Below are positions 27,401 to 36,433 of a stretch of 37,756 bases of DNA, in pieces; positions within the stretch are counted from its first letter, which is position 1; each line of letters begins with the position of its first letter. The notes under the pieces were generated by a model that did not search any database, was not told the DNA's origin, and saw nothing but the letters and a program-made list of their open reading frames with translations. The position numbers were made by a program, and so were the translations under genes. Source of the DNA: Pseudomonadota bacterium (lineage in GTDB: Bacteria; UBA10199; 2-02-FULL-44-16; JAAZCA01); the NCBI GenBank assembly GCA_043822785.1, contig JBDRBN010000125.1:1-37756 (forward strand). Reading direction: 5' to 3'.

Positions 27401-29446
27401 ATGACGAGTATAAACACAAACTTTAAGGCAATCACGACTGATCCGACAACCCAATCCACTGATCCAGCTCTTGCCCAGGTTCAAGCAGATATTCAGGCAG
27501 CGCTCACAGAGATCGAGCAGTTTAGGATGGTGAATGCCGAGTGGCTACCTGAAGAACAGCGGGTCCAGATGGACCGTATCTTTGTAATGCTAAAGGCCGA
27601 ATACGCAGCGATCCAAGCAGGCGGCGTAGCCGGTGGCCCTAGCATGCCTGGTACAGTTGATGAAGAAGGTAACCTGCTCAATAAGCCCCAGGACCTTGGG
27701 CCTGAATGGAACGGCGTTCCCGCAGATTACATTGATTCTGGCGATCCATATGGTGAGGGGCTTGTAGCTGGCGATCCTGCCACATATGGCGACTTTGGTG
27801 GTACGGTCAACATCCCCAACAGCGGTAATGTTGCTTCGCCTACTAGCATCGCATTCCAGATGACAGATGATATGGTAGCAGTCGCTAGTGAATCCCGCGG
27901 TAGGGACATGATCATTACAGTTGAATACGAAAACGGCAGCAGAAAGTCTTGGGTAATAAAAGAAGGTACTGTGCGTCCAGAGCCCATCGTGATCTCAGCG
28001 CTTGGTCTTTCGCACGGTGTTACGATAGATCTCTCGAAAACAATGCGCATGAGCACTGGCGAATACCCCGGCTATCCATATGGATCGCGCTCAGGTTTTT
28101 ACATCCATAGTACTGAATATGATGATAAAATCATCGGATCTCAGTCTGATGACGCTATTGTGGCATATGCCGGCGATGACATAATAGATGGCATGGCAGG
28201 AAACGACACTATATACGCTGACGAATCCTATAACGCGTCAGGCCAGTTTGATATGGCCTATGGTGGTGATGACACCATAAAAGGCGGAGCCGGAGACGAT
28301 ATCATCTATGCCGGCGGCGGCCTGGATACTACATTCAAGTCAGATAAGGGTGAAAGCGTTGCTGAAGGTGAGTCCTGGGTAGACGATATTGTGAACGACA
28401 TGCCAGCTCAAGGATCTTGGTTTGGATCACCAACTAATTCATGGAAAGTTGCCCCTGAAATGGAAGATGGCATGGCCGTGGTGCAGAACATAGATCCAAA
28501 CGGCAATGGCGGAACCATGGAGATTGACATGCCCCCAGGTTATAACATGGCATATGCAGAGCGGGATGCAGATAACAACCTCATCATCACCTTTATCGGC
28601 GATGACGGCACATTTAAGGTAAAGATCGAGGATTTCTTTAACGAAAGCTGGGACGACGGCGTTGTCAAGCTGATATTCAACGGCAGTTCAGGAAACGATA
28701 TCATAGACTTCAGCCGCGTTCAGACCACAAGCCAGACCATAAGCATAATCGATCCGAGCGGCGATGACATCATTCTCGGGGCTGAAAACGCGCTTCTAGC
28801 TGATGGCGTGGACCTTGAGGATATGCTTACCAGCCAGAAGAACTCTGAGAACGACCTTGAAGGCTATGTGGAAGAAGGCATATTTGCTACAAAACCAGAT
28901 GCAGATAATGATACTGACCCCACCACAGGAGATGGATATAAGGCTGAAGTAAAGGATGGACAGATCGTGATCACCGATGGAGGCACTCAGGATGGTCCAG
29001 AAGAAGCGCTCAACATCAAGGCACCTGATGGGTATAACCACGGCTATATAACAATGGATCCCAATACTGGCGATATGTATGTGATATTGGTTAAGCAGAC
29101 CGAATCTGGAAAAGCTGAGACAGTTGTCATAAAGATCGAATGTTCTTTAGGACTTACCTACAGCGATATCCACATTAAGCAGCTGAGTAGCGATGGCGAA
29201 ACATGGACACAGAAGTCACTCATACCAGTGAGCAGTGATATTGATGATTACCTCATCGACGCAGGAGCTGGCAATGATATGGTGTTCACGCAAAAGGGTG
29301 GAAACGTTGAGAACGCTGAGGATGTAGTGGAGATAGAGCCGGAACCGATCGTTGAGCCTACAGAATCTTACACAGCACCGGAGACTGAAGAAGTGGATGA
29401 AACCGAAGAAGTGGATGAGACTGAAGAGGAAGATGAAGAGGTTTAA
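27401..29446 (+). CDS. Large acidic protein with RTX-like (hemolysin-type Ca-binding) nonapeptides
   Basis: AYAGDDIIDGMAGNDTIY, YGGDDTIKGGAGDDIIYAGGG, GSSGNDII, AGAGNDMV; acidic tail. Confidence 0.85.
   Translation: MTSINTNFKAITTDPTTQSTDPALAQVQADIQAALTEIEQFRMVNAEWLPEEQRVQMDRIFVMLKAEYAAIQAGGVAGGPSMPGTVDEEGNLLNKPQDLGPEWNGVPADYIDSGDPYGEGLVAGDPATYGDFGGTVNIPNSGNVASPTSIAFQMTDDMVAVASESRGRDMIITVEYENGSRKSWVIKEGTVRPEPIVISALGLSHGVTIDLSKTMRMSTGEYPGYPYGSRSGFYIHSTEYDDKIIGSQSDDAIVAYAGDDIIDGMAGNDTIYADESYNASGQFDMAYGGDDTIKGGAGDDIIYAGGGLDTTFKSDKGESVAEGESWVDDIVNDMPAQGSWFGSPTNSWKVAPEMEDGMAVVQNIDPNGNGGTMEIDMPPGYNMAYAERDADNNLIITFIGDDGTFKVKIEDFFNESWDDGVVKLIFNGSSGNDIIDFSRVQTTSQTISIIDPSGDDIILGAENALLADGVDLEDMLTSQKNSENDLEGYVEEGIFATKPDADNDTDPTTGDGYKAEVKDGQIVITDGGTQDGPEEALNIKAPDGYNHGYITMDPNTGDMYVILVKQTESGKAETVVIKIECSLGLTYSDIHIKQLSSDGETWTQKSLIPVSSDIDDYLIDAGAGNDMVFTQKGGNVENAEDVVEIEPEPIVEPTESYTAPETEEVDETEEVDETEEEDEEV
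29381..29434 (+). repeat. Coding 18-nt tandem repeat, three copies (ETEEVD)
   Basis: gagactgaagaagtggat / gaaaccgaagaagtggat / gagactgaagaggaagat. Confidence 0.8.
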
Positions 29447-29449
29447 TGC

Positions 29450-30289
29450 TCAATAGATAACTTGAACAAGATACAATCCAAAGGCCGGCGCACAGCGACC
29501 GGCCTTTTCTCTTTGTCTTGCGTTTAGAATAGTCTGCATTTCTTCAGGCGCTATCTTTCCCGCGCCTATATCAACGAGCGTGCCCACGATATTGCGTATC
29601 ATATGGCGCACAAATCCATCTCCCTCAAATTCGATGCTTAGGAGATTGCTTTCGTTGTCATCGCGAGCCCAGCGCAGCGGGGCGTGGCGATCTCCATAGC
29701 TACGGGGATTGCTTCGTCGTCCCCCAAAAACCGTTGGGGGACTCCTCGCAATGACAGCTTCAGACATCTCTATTCTGCGTATCTCCCTTATGGCATTCCT
29801 GCTCCCGCAACCCGCTGCCCTAAAGCTTTCAAAATCATGCTGGCCAATAAGATATTTGCTGGCTTTACGCATGGCATCTAAATCAAGAGTTTCCCTTACG
29901 TGCCAACAGCGATTCACAAGAAGAGGTGCTCTGTGTAAAGAGCACGCAATCTCATATCTATATATCTTTGCCTTTGCATCTCTCCGCGCATGAAAGCCCC
30001 CTTCCACATCATCTGCAGAAGTGATGACTATGGACTCAGGCAAAAGCGAGTTGAGTCCGCCCACAAAACCATGACAGGGAATATCCGTTTCTGTTTTGAA
30101 ATGCGCCGCCTGCCCTATCGCATGAACCCCGCTATCTGTGCGTCCTGCACCTGTAACTTGGCACGGCGTGCCAGTCATCTTACCTAGTGCCCGCTCTAAA
30201 CACTCCTGCACAGATACGCCATTTGGCTGATTCTGCCAGCCAACAAAGTCTGTGCCATCATAGGAGATTGTTAATTTTATCGTACGCAT
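29450..30289 (-). CDS. truA: tRNA pseudouridine(38-40) synthase with an in-frame repeat insertion
   Basis: SYDGTDFVGWQ.Q, GAGRTDSGVHA, FHAR, GQHDFESF, GDGFVRHMIRNIVGTL, APAFGLYL. Confidence 0.97.
   Translation of the reverse strand: MRTIKLTISYDGTDFVGWQNQPNGVSVQECLERALGKMTGTPCQVTGAGRTDSGVHAIGQAAHFKTETDIPCHGFVGGLNSLLPESIVITSADDVEGGFHARRDAKAKIYRYEIACSLHRAPLLVNRCWHVRETLDLDAMRKASKYLIGQHDFESFRAAGCGSRNAIREIRRIEMSEAVIARSPPTVFGGRRSNPRSYGDRHAPLRWARDDNESNLLSIEFEGDGFVRHMIRNIVGTLVDIGAGKIAPEEMQTILNARQREKAGRCAPAFGLYLVQVIY
29656..29756. repeat. Palindromic REP/RPE-like element inside truA
   Basis: TGTCATCGCGAG...GTGGCGATCTCC...GGGGATTGCTTCG...CTCGCAATGACA. Confidence 0.92.
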
Positions 30290-30297
30290 AACTGTTT

Positions 30298-30400
30298 TGT
30301 CATCGCGAGCGAATGAAATGAGCGTGGCGATCCCCGTGGGTTACGGGGATTGCTTCAGGCTACGCCTTCGCAATGACAAAAGCCGACCCTCGCAATGACA
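30298..30400. repeat. Palindromic REP/RPE-like element (30298-30378) plus a duplicated right end (30389-30400)
   Basis: TGTCATCGCGAG...TCGCAATGACA followed by a second CTCGCAATGACA. Confidence 0.88.
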
Positions 30401-30410
30401 ATAAGAGTAT

Positions 30411-32951
30411 TTAAAATTCAAACAAAAACCCTATCGAATACACCGGCCCTGATAGATTAAGCCCGCTTGCGCCGAAGTTGTTTATCCATTGATACTGGGC
30501 ATCGAGCGTAAGAAAAAAATCGTCTATTCCGATAGTCTCCATGCTCTCCCCAACATCCCCTATCACGCCCAGGTCGATTTGAAGGCCGCCTGCGCCGTGC
30601 GTGCCGAATTTCATGCCCTTTACCGTGTCGCCTGCAGTGCTCTCTCTAAAAATCACGCCGTCAAAGCCGGCCTTTATATATGGAATGAGGTATCTCCAGG
30701 TAAAGTAATCAGCCCTCCACACAAACGAGAGCTCAAGAGGAATCAAAAGAAAGCTATATTTATCCTGCGATGTCTGTCCTGAAATCTGCCCGATCGCATG
30801 CCCGGAGTTATAGAGAAACCCGACTCCCAGCTCGATGCCGTATCTCTGTTGAAACAGTATGGATCCCTCCAGGCGGGTCCACATATTGCAGCACTTGCCG
30901 AAAAACTGACCCAACGCATCGCTCGTGGGCATCCAGAAACCGGTCTTGGCCTCGAACGACCACATGGGCGGTTTCTTTTCCAGCGCACTCAATCCGGCCG
31001 AGACCTCTGTTTCCTGGATTGTTCCCTCCTCTGCCCAAGCCGTGGATGAGAACATGCATGAGGCTGTTGCAATCAACATGCATAGAAAAAATATCCGCCC
31101 ACTGCGACGTAGGGCGATTAGAATGATCGGCATGAGCAGCAATGCGCCCATGCCAAAACTGGTGTTTGATGGCAAAACACTACAGCCCTTCTCTCCTGAT
31201 AGACCTGCCGGACCTTCTGTTTGCTCGGGCATTCCGGTCACCCTGGATCCGTCGGCAAACGTGGACGTGCGGTTCGGGCTTCTGTTGCCGCTTGCATCAA
31301 CCGCCTCCATTGCAAAATAATACAACGTGCCGTTTGTAAGACTGCCCACCTCTCCTGTTACAGTGGTGCCGGACGAAGGCTGGGACACAGTAGCTGTTGC
31401 ATCTGATTTTGTGAGCACAGCAGCTGGATCAGTGTCAGCATAGATATTGTATGTGGACATATCCTCCACATCGATGCGATCGAAGTTGATATAGACCTTT
31501 TGGTTGCCAAATCCTGTGGAGCGAATGGTCACATCAGGCGGAGGAGTATCCACTGTAACTGATGTAGAGCGGCGGCCCCTGATGCTATCGGGTGTAGTGG
31601 CAAACACCCACACATCGTTTGCACCTTCTGTAAACGCGGCTGAGTTGTCGTCATAGTTGATGGTCACCGGTACAGCTGTATCAACAGTGCAAGATCCGCT
31701 CGTAGCGCCGGCGCTGTCTGTAAGCAACGCGCCTGCTGCATCGATGCCGCCTCCCGCGCGTATCTCATAAGTTCCGTCCATATCAGACATAAATGTAAGC
31801 GTAATGCTCTCGCCGGTGCCCAAGGTGCTGCCGCCGCTGGAATATGTAAGCCCTGTTATGGCTACAAACGGATTTTCGCTGATCACGCCCAGCCCGCCTG
31901 TGGAAAAGAACATGTAAACAAATCCATCATCCTTGCTGGATGGTATGAGCAAAAGCGGCTCAGATGATGTGGGCATTGGTTCGCGATCGACATCTGGATT
32001 AGTGCCGAAATCCAAGACCTCATCAGTTGCGGTGTTTATAACGCTCACGCCCTCTGCTCCTGCAACATAAGCATATGTAGCCACCGGATTGGTAACTTCG
32101 GTGATTACGATGTCGGAAAGAGTCGAGTTCGGCGTAAGATCAATAGCATCGCCGGTCACTGCATGAGTGGAAGTATCTATCTTAATTGCCTCGGTTTCAG
32201 TAGAATTGATCACATATAATATGGATTCGTCAGGAAGCGCAGCCAACACAGGCAGCGTGTCTCTATCTGTTATATTTATATTAATCATCGTAGCTGATGT
32301 GCCATCAACAGCTAGATAGAATATTGCGCCGGAGTCGGTGGTAAAATATATCTCATCCTTGGTCTCCAAAAAAAGCGCATCTGTAATCTGAAACGTTGTG
32401 ACGCCGGTGATCGTAAGTGTGATCGAAGACGTCACAGACAGGCTTAGCAGATCAACCACATGGATAGTGCGAGACGAGTTATCCGCAACATATGCAACCC
32501 TTCTTGTGGAATCCACGGCGATCGGGCCCATGGTGTGATCTTCTGCAACGATGACGATCTCCGGCTCGGCCGTTATATCGCTCATGGCAAACACAAGCAG
32601 GTTGCCGTTTTCTTGCGAAGCCAATATCTCCTTGCTGGATTCAACATAGGCTATGGCCGTTATTATGCTGTTAGTATCCTCATCTGTCGTAATATCTGGA
32701 GGCTGGGATGCTTCTTCAGCATAAGATCCGGCATCTATGAGCTTTATGATCTTGCCGAAGCTTAGGGCCATCTCTGTATCGGATAAAAGGAAAAAACCGC
32801 TCGGAGTGGAAGAGACGCTATAGCTAAACGGTGGGCCGCCGCCAGCAGCCCACACTATCTCTGCATCAGGATAGGCATTGGCATTGCCTGCCAACGCTAA
32901 GATCATGAGCAAGGAAAATAACAGGATCAGCTTGTTTCGAAAATGCCACAT
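30411..32951 (-). CDS. Exported multidomain protein: YncE-like beta-propeller, FN3-like domain, MYXO-CTERM-like segment, C-terminal outer-membrane beta-barrel (MXAN_2562-like)
   Basis: Signal peptide after ATG 32951 (track start 32993 is inside a repeat); VAYVADNSSRTIHVVD, AYVAGAEGVSVINT; LTNGTLYYFAMEAVDASGNRS; GEKGCSV..hydrophobic..RR; amphipathic strands ending in FEF. Confidence 0.7.
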   Translation of the reverse strand: MWHFRNKLILLFSLLMILALAGNANAYPDAEIVWAAGGGPPFSYSVSSTPSGFFLLSDTEMALSFGKIIKLIDAGSYAEEASQPPDITTDEDTNSIITAIAYVESSKEILASQENGNLLVFAMSDITAEPEIVIVAEDHTMGPIAVDSTRRVAYVADNSSRTIHVVDLLSLSVTSSITLTITGVTTFQITDALFLETKDEIYFTTDSGAIFYLAVDGTSATMININITDRDTLPVLAALPDESILYVINSTETEAIKIDTSTHAVTGDAIDLTPNSTLSDIVITEVTNPVATYAYVAGAEGVSVINTATDEVLDFGTNPDVDREPMPTSSEPLLLIPSSKDDGFVYMFFSTGGLGVISENPFVAITGLTYSSGGSTLGTGESITLTFMSDMDGTYEIRAGGGIDAAGALLTDSAGATSGSCTVDTAVPVTINYDDNSAAFTEGANDVWVFATTPDSIRGRRSTSVTVDTPPPDVTIRSTGFGNQKVYINFDRIDVEDMSTYNIYADTDPAAVLTKSDATATVSQPSSGTTVTGEVGSLTNGTLYYFAMEAVDASGNRSPNRTSTFADGSRVTGMPEQTEGPAGLSGEKGCSVLPSNTSFGMGALLLMPIILIALRRSGRIFFLCMLIATASCMFSSTAWAEEGTIQETEVSAGLSALEKKPPMWSFEAKTGFWMPTSDALGQFFGKCCNMWTRLEGSILFQQRYGIELGVGFLYNSGHAIGQISGQTSQDKYSFLLIPLELSFVWRADYFTWRYLIPYIKAGFDGVIFRESTAGDTVKGMKFGTHGAGGLQIDLGVIGDVGESMETIGIDDFFLTLDAQYQWINNFGASGLNLSGPVYSIGFLFEF

Positions 32952-32960
32952 TTTGCTTTT

Positions 32961-33046
32961 TGTCATTGCGAGGAGGCAAAGCCGACGAAGCAATCTCCAT
33001 AGCTACGGAGATCGCCACGTCGGCCTTTGGCCTCCTCGCGATGACA
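32961..33046. repeat. Palindromic REP/RPE-like element abutting the asd stop
   Basis: TGTCATTGCGAGGAGG...CCTCCTCGCGATGACA. Confidence 0.9.
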
Positions 33047-34075
33047 TTAAATATATTCCCTCACTAATATCTCTGCTATCTGCACAGCGTTCAGGGCCGC
33101 ACCCTTTCTGAGGTTATCGGCCACGATCCACATGGCCAAACCATTTTCTACACTTGCGTCGCGGCGTATTCGGCCTACAAAGACCTCGTCCTTACCTGTG
33201 GCATCATGGGCCATCGGATATTTACAAAGGTTGGTATCGTCCAGTACCTCTATTCCCGGTGCCTCGCTCAAAAGCTCGCGAGCCTCATCCGGATCAATGG
33301 GGTCTTCGAACTCTATATTTACTGCCTCGGAATGGCTGCAAAACACAGGAACACGAACTGTGGTAGCAGCAACACGAATGGACTCATCGCCCATTATCTT
33401 TTTTGTCTCATCCACCATCTTTCGCTCCTCCTCGGTGGACCCATCTTCCAAAAACTTGCCTATGTGAGGTATGCAGTTAAAAGCTATGCGATGAGGAAAC
33501 ACTTTTACTTCGCAATCTTTTTGTGAAAACAGCGCTACTGCTTGCTTGGAGAGCTCCTCCATTGCCGCAATCCCTGCTCCTGAAACAGCCTGATACGTGG
33601 AAACGACAACGCGGGTGATCTTGAACCTTCTATGCAGCGGAGCTAGCACCACGACCATCTGGATAGTCGAACAGTTTGGATTAGCGATTATGCCACGGCG
33701 CACATAACCAGCAATGTCCTCAGCGTTGACTTCAGGAACCACTAGAGGAACCTCTGGATCCATCCTAAAAGCAGATGTGTTATCCACTACCACTGCGCCG
33801 GCCTGTGCCGCAATAGGCGCGAATTCCTTACTGACAGCACCGCCTGCAGAAAACAGGGCCACATCAATGCCCTCAAAGGAGCTAGCTTGAAGCACATCAA
33901 CTGGTATTAAATTGCCCCTGAAGCTTATCTCTTTGCCAATAGATTTCTCTGAAGCGAGCGGACAAAGAGTGTTTACCGGAAAATTGCGTCCTTCAAGAAC
34001 GTTTATCATCTCAGCGCCCACGGCACCGGTAGCACCGACTACTGCAACATTGTACTTTTGTTTTTTCATCTTCAT
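33047..34075 (-). CDS. asd: Aspartate-semialdehyde dehydrogenase
   Basis: VAVVGATGAVG, VDNTSAFRM, IANPNCSTIQ, TYQAVSGAG, DNLRKGAALNAVQIAE. Confidence 0.98.
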   Translation of the reverse strand: MKMKKQKYNVAVVGATGAVGAEMINVLEGRNFPVNTLCPLASEKSIGKEISFRGNLIPVDVLQASSFEGIDVALFSAGGAVSKEFAPIAAQAGAVVVDNTSAFRMDPEVPLVVPEVNAEDIAGYVRRGIIANPNCSTIQMVVVLAPLHRRFKITRVVVSTYQAVSGAGIAAMEELSKQAVALFSQKDCEVKVFPHRIAFNCIPHIGKFLEDGSTEEERKMVDETKKIMGDESIRVAATTVRVPVFCSHSEAVNIEFEDPIDPDEARELLSEAPGIEVLDDTNLCKYPMAHDATGKDEVFVGRIRRDASVENGLAMWIVADNLRKGAALNAVQIAEILVREYI

Positions 34076-34110
34076 AACTCCTGACTATGCAGTTAAGCTG
34101 GAAACTCGAC

Positions 34111-34190
34111 TGTCATTGCGAGGCAAAGCCGAAGCAATCTCCTTTAATCACTGAATACGAGGGGATTGCTTCACTGTGTTCGCATTGACA
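34111..34190. repeat. Palindromic REP/RPE-like element
   Basis: TGTCATTGCGAGG...AAGCAATC...GATTGCTT...TCGCATTGACA. Confidence 0.88.
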
Positions 34191-34195
34191 TAAAG

Positions 34196-34507
34196 TCACT
34201 TTTTAAACAGTCCTTCTAATTTGCGTTTTGAATCCTCTGCTGCCTTGTTTTCGCTTTGCGCATCGCGGCCAAATGAAAAGAATTCGCAGAAATTCGCTCG
34301 CTCTTTGTCGCTAACGTATGGAGATTGGCTTTCTCTGCATTGGTTGTGAAAGCTTCGGTCGAAGAATTTGCACTGCAAACATGTATGGAGATCGCGCTTA
34401 CAGGAAGGACATTCATCCAGACGGCCGATTCGATCGATGATTTCAACCTCTGCTCCGCAAAACGCACACACAGGCACGTCAACCCCCTCCCCCTTTGGCG
34501 CGCTCAT
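34196..34507 (-). CDS. Small Cys-rich (probable Zn-binding) hypothetical protein
   Basis: CAFC, CPSC..LH.CLQC, C, KERANFCEFF. Confidence 0.75.
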   Translation of the reverse strand: MSAPKGEGVDVPVCAFCGAEVEIIDRIGRLDECPSCKRDLHTCLQCKFFDRSFHNQCRESQSPYVSDKERANFCEFFSFGRDAQSENKAAEDSKRKLEGLFKK

Positions 34508-35342
34508 CAGTTATCCTATCATCGATGTCGCTCCCCCCTACGACCGCAAGCTTTTGTTCTAAGCGCTCTGCGCGCTGATTGCGCATGCGCCTTATAAAAC
34601 GCTTGCTCTGCCTAAGCGTAATGGCTTCTTCAATAAGCCCGGTTGCTACATAACCAAGCGTGAGCACAAACATCATGAGCTCTGGCCTCATGGCAACTAC
34701 AATAATAGCCATAACGCCCAGCACCAAAACAAAGAATGAATTGCGGCTTCTAAGATCAATTGTTTTCATACTGCGATAACGGATGGTCGATACCATAAGA
34801 AACGCCAGAAGCATTGTCATGCCAGCTATCAATGCTCCACTGGTTGAACCCTCTGGCGGAAAAACAAAGTAGTACTGATGAAAGATTATGTACGTGGCAA
34901 TCACATAGGCAGCAATAGGTATGGGAAGGCCCTGAAAATAATCATGCTCTACATCTTGGTGCTGAACGTTGAAGCGCGCAAGCCTTAAAGCGCCGCAGGC
35001 AAAATACAAAAATGCAGCAAGCCAGCCCAGTTTGCCCAGGCTGTGTAAGGACCACGTATATATCAGTATGCCTGGCGCCAGACCAAAAGATGCAAGATCA
35101 ACTAACGAATCATATTCTATTCCGAACTGGCTTTCAGCGCGCGCTAACCTTGCCAGCCTGCCATCAAGAAGATCAAATATGCCTGCAAGCAGTATTGCCC
35201 ATGCAGCTAATGTGAAATCTCCTGAAAGAGATTTTACCACTGAAAAGAATCCACAGAAAAGACTGGCTGTGGTACAGAAGTTGGGCAAGAGATATACGCC
35301 CCGCTTCATGCCCTGGCGGCGCCGGCTGACTTTCATCCTCAT
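34479..35342 (-). CDS. pssA: CDP-diacylglycerol-serine O-phosphatidyltransferase
   Basis: YLLPN, FDLLDGRLAR..SQFGIEYDSLVDLASFGLAP, LRLARFN, FQGLPIP; next to psd. Confidence 0.95.
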   Translation of the reverse strand: MRMKVSRRRQGMKRGVYLLPNFCTTASLFCGFFSVVKSLSGDFTLAAWAILLAGIFDLLDGRLARLARAESQFGIEYDSLVDLASFGLAPGILIYTWSLHSLGKLGWLAAFLYFACGALRLARFNVQHQDVEHDYFQGLPIPIAAYVIATYIIFHQYYFVFPPEGSTSGALIAGMTMLLAFLMVSTIRYRSMKTIDLRSRNSFFVLVLGVMAIIVVAMRPELMMFVLTLGYVATGLIEEAITLRQSKRFIRRMRNQRAERLEQKLAVVGGSDIDDRITDERAKGGGG

Positions 35343-36010
35343 CTAAACCTCCCTAACACTGTCACACCGCCACGGGTTTTTTTGCCTACTTCAACTTCTA
35401 CTTTAGCTTCAGGCGGAAGATAGATATCAACCCTTGATCCAAACCGGATGAGACCAAAGCGATCGCCGCCCAAGAGCGTATCGCCTACTTTGAGATAACA
35501 TACGATCCGCCGTGCGATGAGACCTGCGATCTGCACAAGCACGTACTCCCTTCCAGCGCCATCCTCTAACAGGAGAGTATGGCGTTCATTATGTTCAGAT
35601 GCCTTATCTAGGCTCGCAACCAAAAAACGGCCTGCATTGTAAAACGCATCTTTTACGCTTGCTGTAATCGGAAACCTATTCATGTGCACATTGAGCACAG
35701 ACATGAAAATGCTTACCTTTGTTGAGGCGTTGCCTGTATATGGGGCTTTCACATTTTTCTCAATCGAAAGTATCTTACCGTCTGCTGGCGCCAAAATCAG
35801 ATCTTTTCCCTCAGGTGGCGTTCGATTTGGATTGCGAAAGAAAAACGCAATGAACCCTGTAATGAAGAGCATAATCCATGCTCCAAGCACAACGCCAACA
35901 AGCCAAAGCACTAATGCGCCTATGAGCGCAATTGCGATAAAGGGATATCCTTCTTGAGCAATATAGACCTGCTTTGGCTTACGCCGGTAGACAGCATGTG
36001 TGGTTTGCAT
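35339..36010 (-). CDS. psd: Phosphatidylserine decarboxylase (proenzyme)
   Basis: FFFRNP, APADGK, IFMSVLNVHMNR, QIAGLIARRI, GLIRFGSRVD (GS self-cleavage site). Confidence 0.95.
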   Translation of the reverse strand: MQTTHAVYRRKPKQVYIAQEGYPFIAIALIGALVLWLVGVVLGAWIMLFITGFIAFFFRNPNRTPPEGKDLILAPADGKILSIEKNVKAPYTGNASTKVSIFMSVLNVHMNRFPITASVKDAFYNAGRFLVASLDKASEHNERHTLLLEDGAGREYVLVQIAGLIARRIVCYLKVGDTLLGGDRFGLIRFGSRVDIYLPPEAKVEVEVGKKTRGGVTVLGRFR

Positions 36011-36024
36011 GTATAGACCCCTGT

Positions 36025-36108
36025 TGTCATTCTGAGGAGCGTCAGTGACGAAGAATCCCGGTAGTCTTTACTAATATTCCGGGACTCTTCACTCCGTTCA
36101 GAGTGACA
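36025..36108. repeat. Palindromic REP/RPE-like element, TGTCATTCTGA variant
   Basis: TGTCATTCTGAGG...GAAGAATCCCGG...CCGGGACTCTTC...TTCAGAGTGACA. Confidence 0.85.
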
Positions 36109-36129
36109 TCTTGCCTTGCTGGCTTAATT

Positions 36130-36357
36130 TTAATTCTTCCTGCGGTAAGCCTGGAGAATGATTTCGATTTTATCGCGCCCTTTTAGTTTTAGCTTCTGAA
36201 TATTTTTTTTCTCAATCTCCTCTGTGGGGGTAAGAGCGGGTTTGTTATTATACTTCTCAAGCTTTCGCTCAAAATCGATGTGCTCGTCATACAGCACTTT
36301 TAACGCTTCGTTTTCTGACATATGTTCTTCGATAAGCTCTAGATCACGCTGCTCCAT
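36130..36357 (-). CDS. DUF465/YdcH-like small protein
   Basis: LYDEH..FE, LTPTEEIE, KLKLKGRDKI; AGGAGGAGG RBS. Confidence 0.8.
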   Translation of the reverse strand: MEQRDLELIEEHMSENEALKVLYDEHIDFERKLEKYNNKPALTPTEEIEKKNIQKLKLKGRDKIEIILQAYRRKN

Positions 36358-36395
36358 TTAGCCTCCTCCTTGTGTTTTTCATAATGATTACAATC

Positions 36396-36433
36396 AAAAA
36401 GGCCCATACACATTACCGCTATGTAGGGCCTTT
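36396..36433 (-). terminator. Putative intrinsic terminator upstream of the DUF465 gene
   Basis: Minus strand AAAGGCCCTACAT-loop-GTGTATGGGCC-TTTTT. Confidence 0.55.

Noticed and set aside
32952..32993. ORF-track start of the 860-aa protein
   Set aside because: It lies inside the palindromic element; ATG 32951 gives a proper signal peptide.
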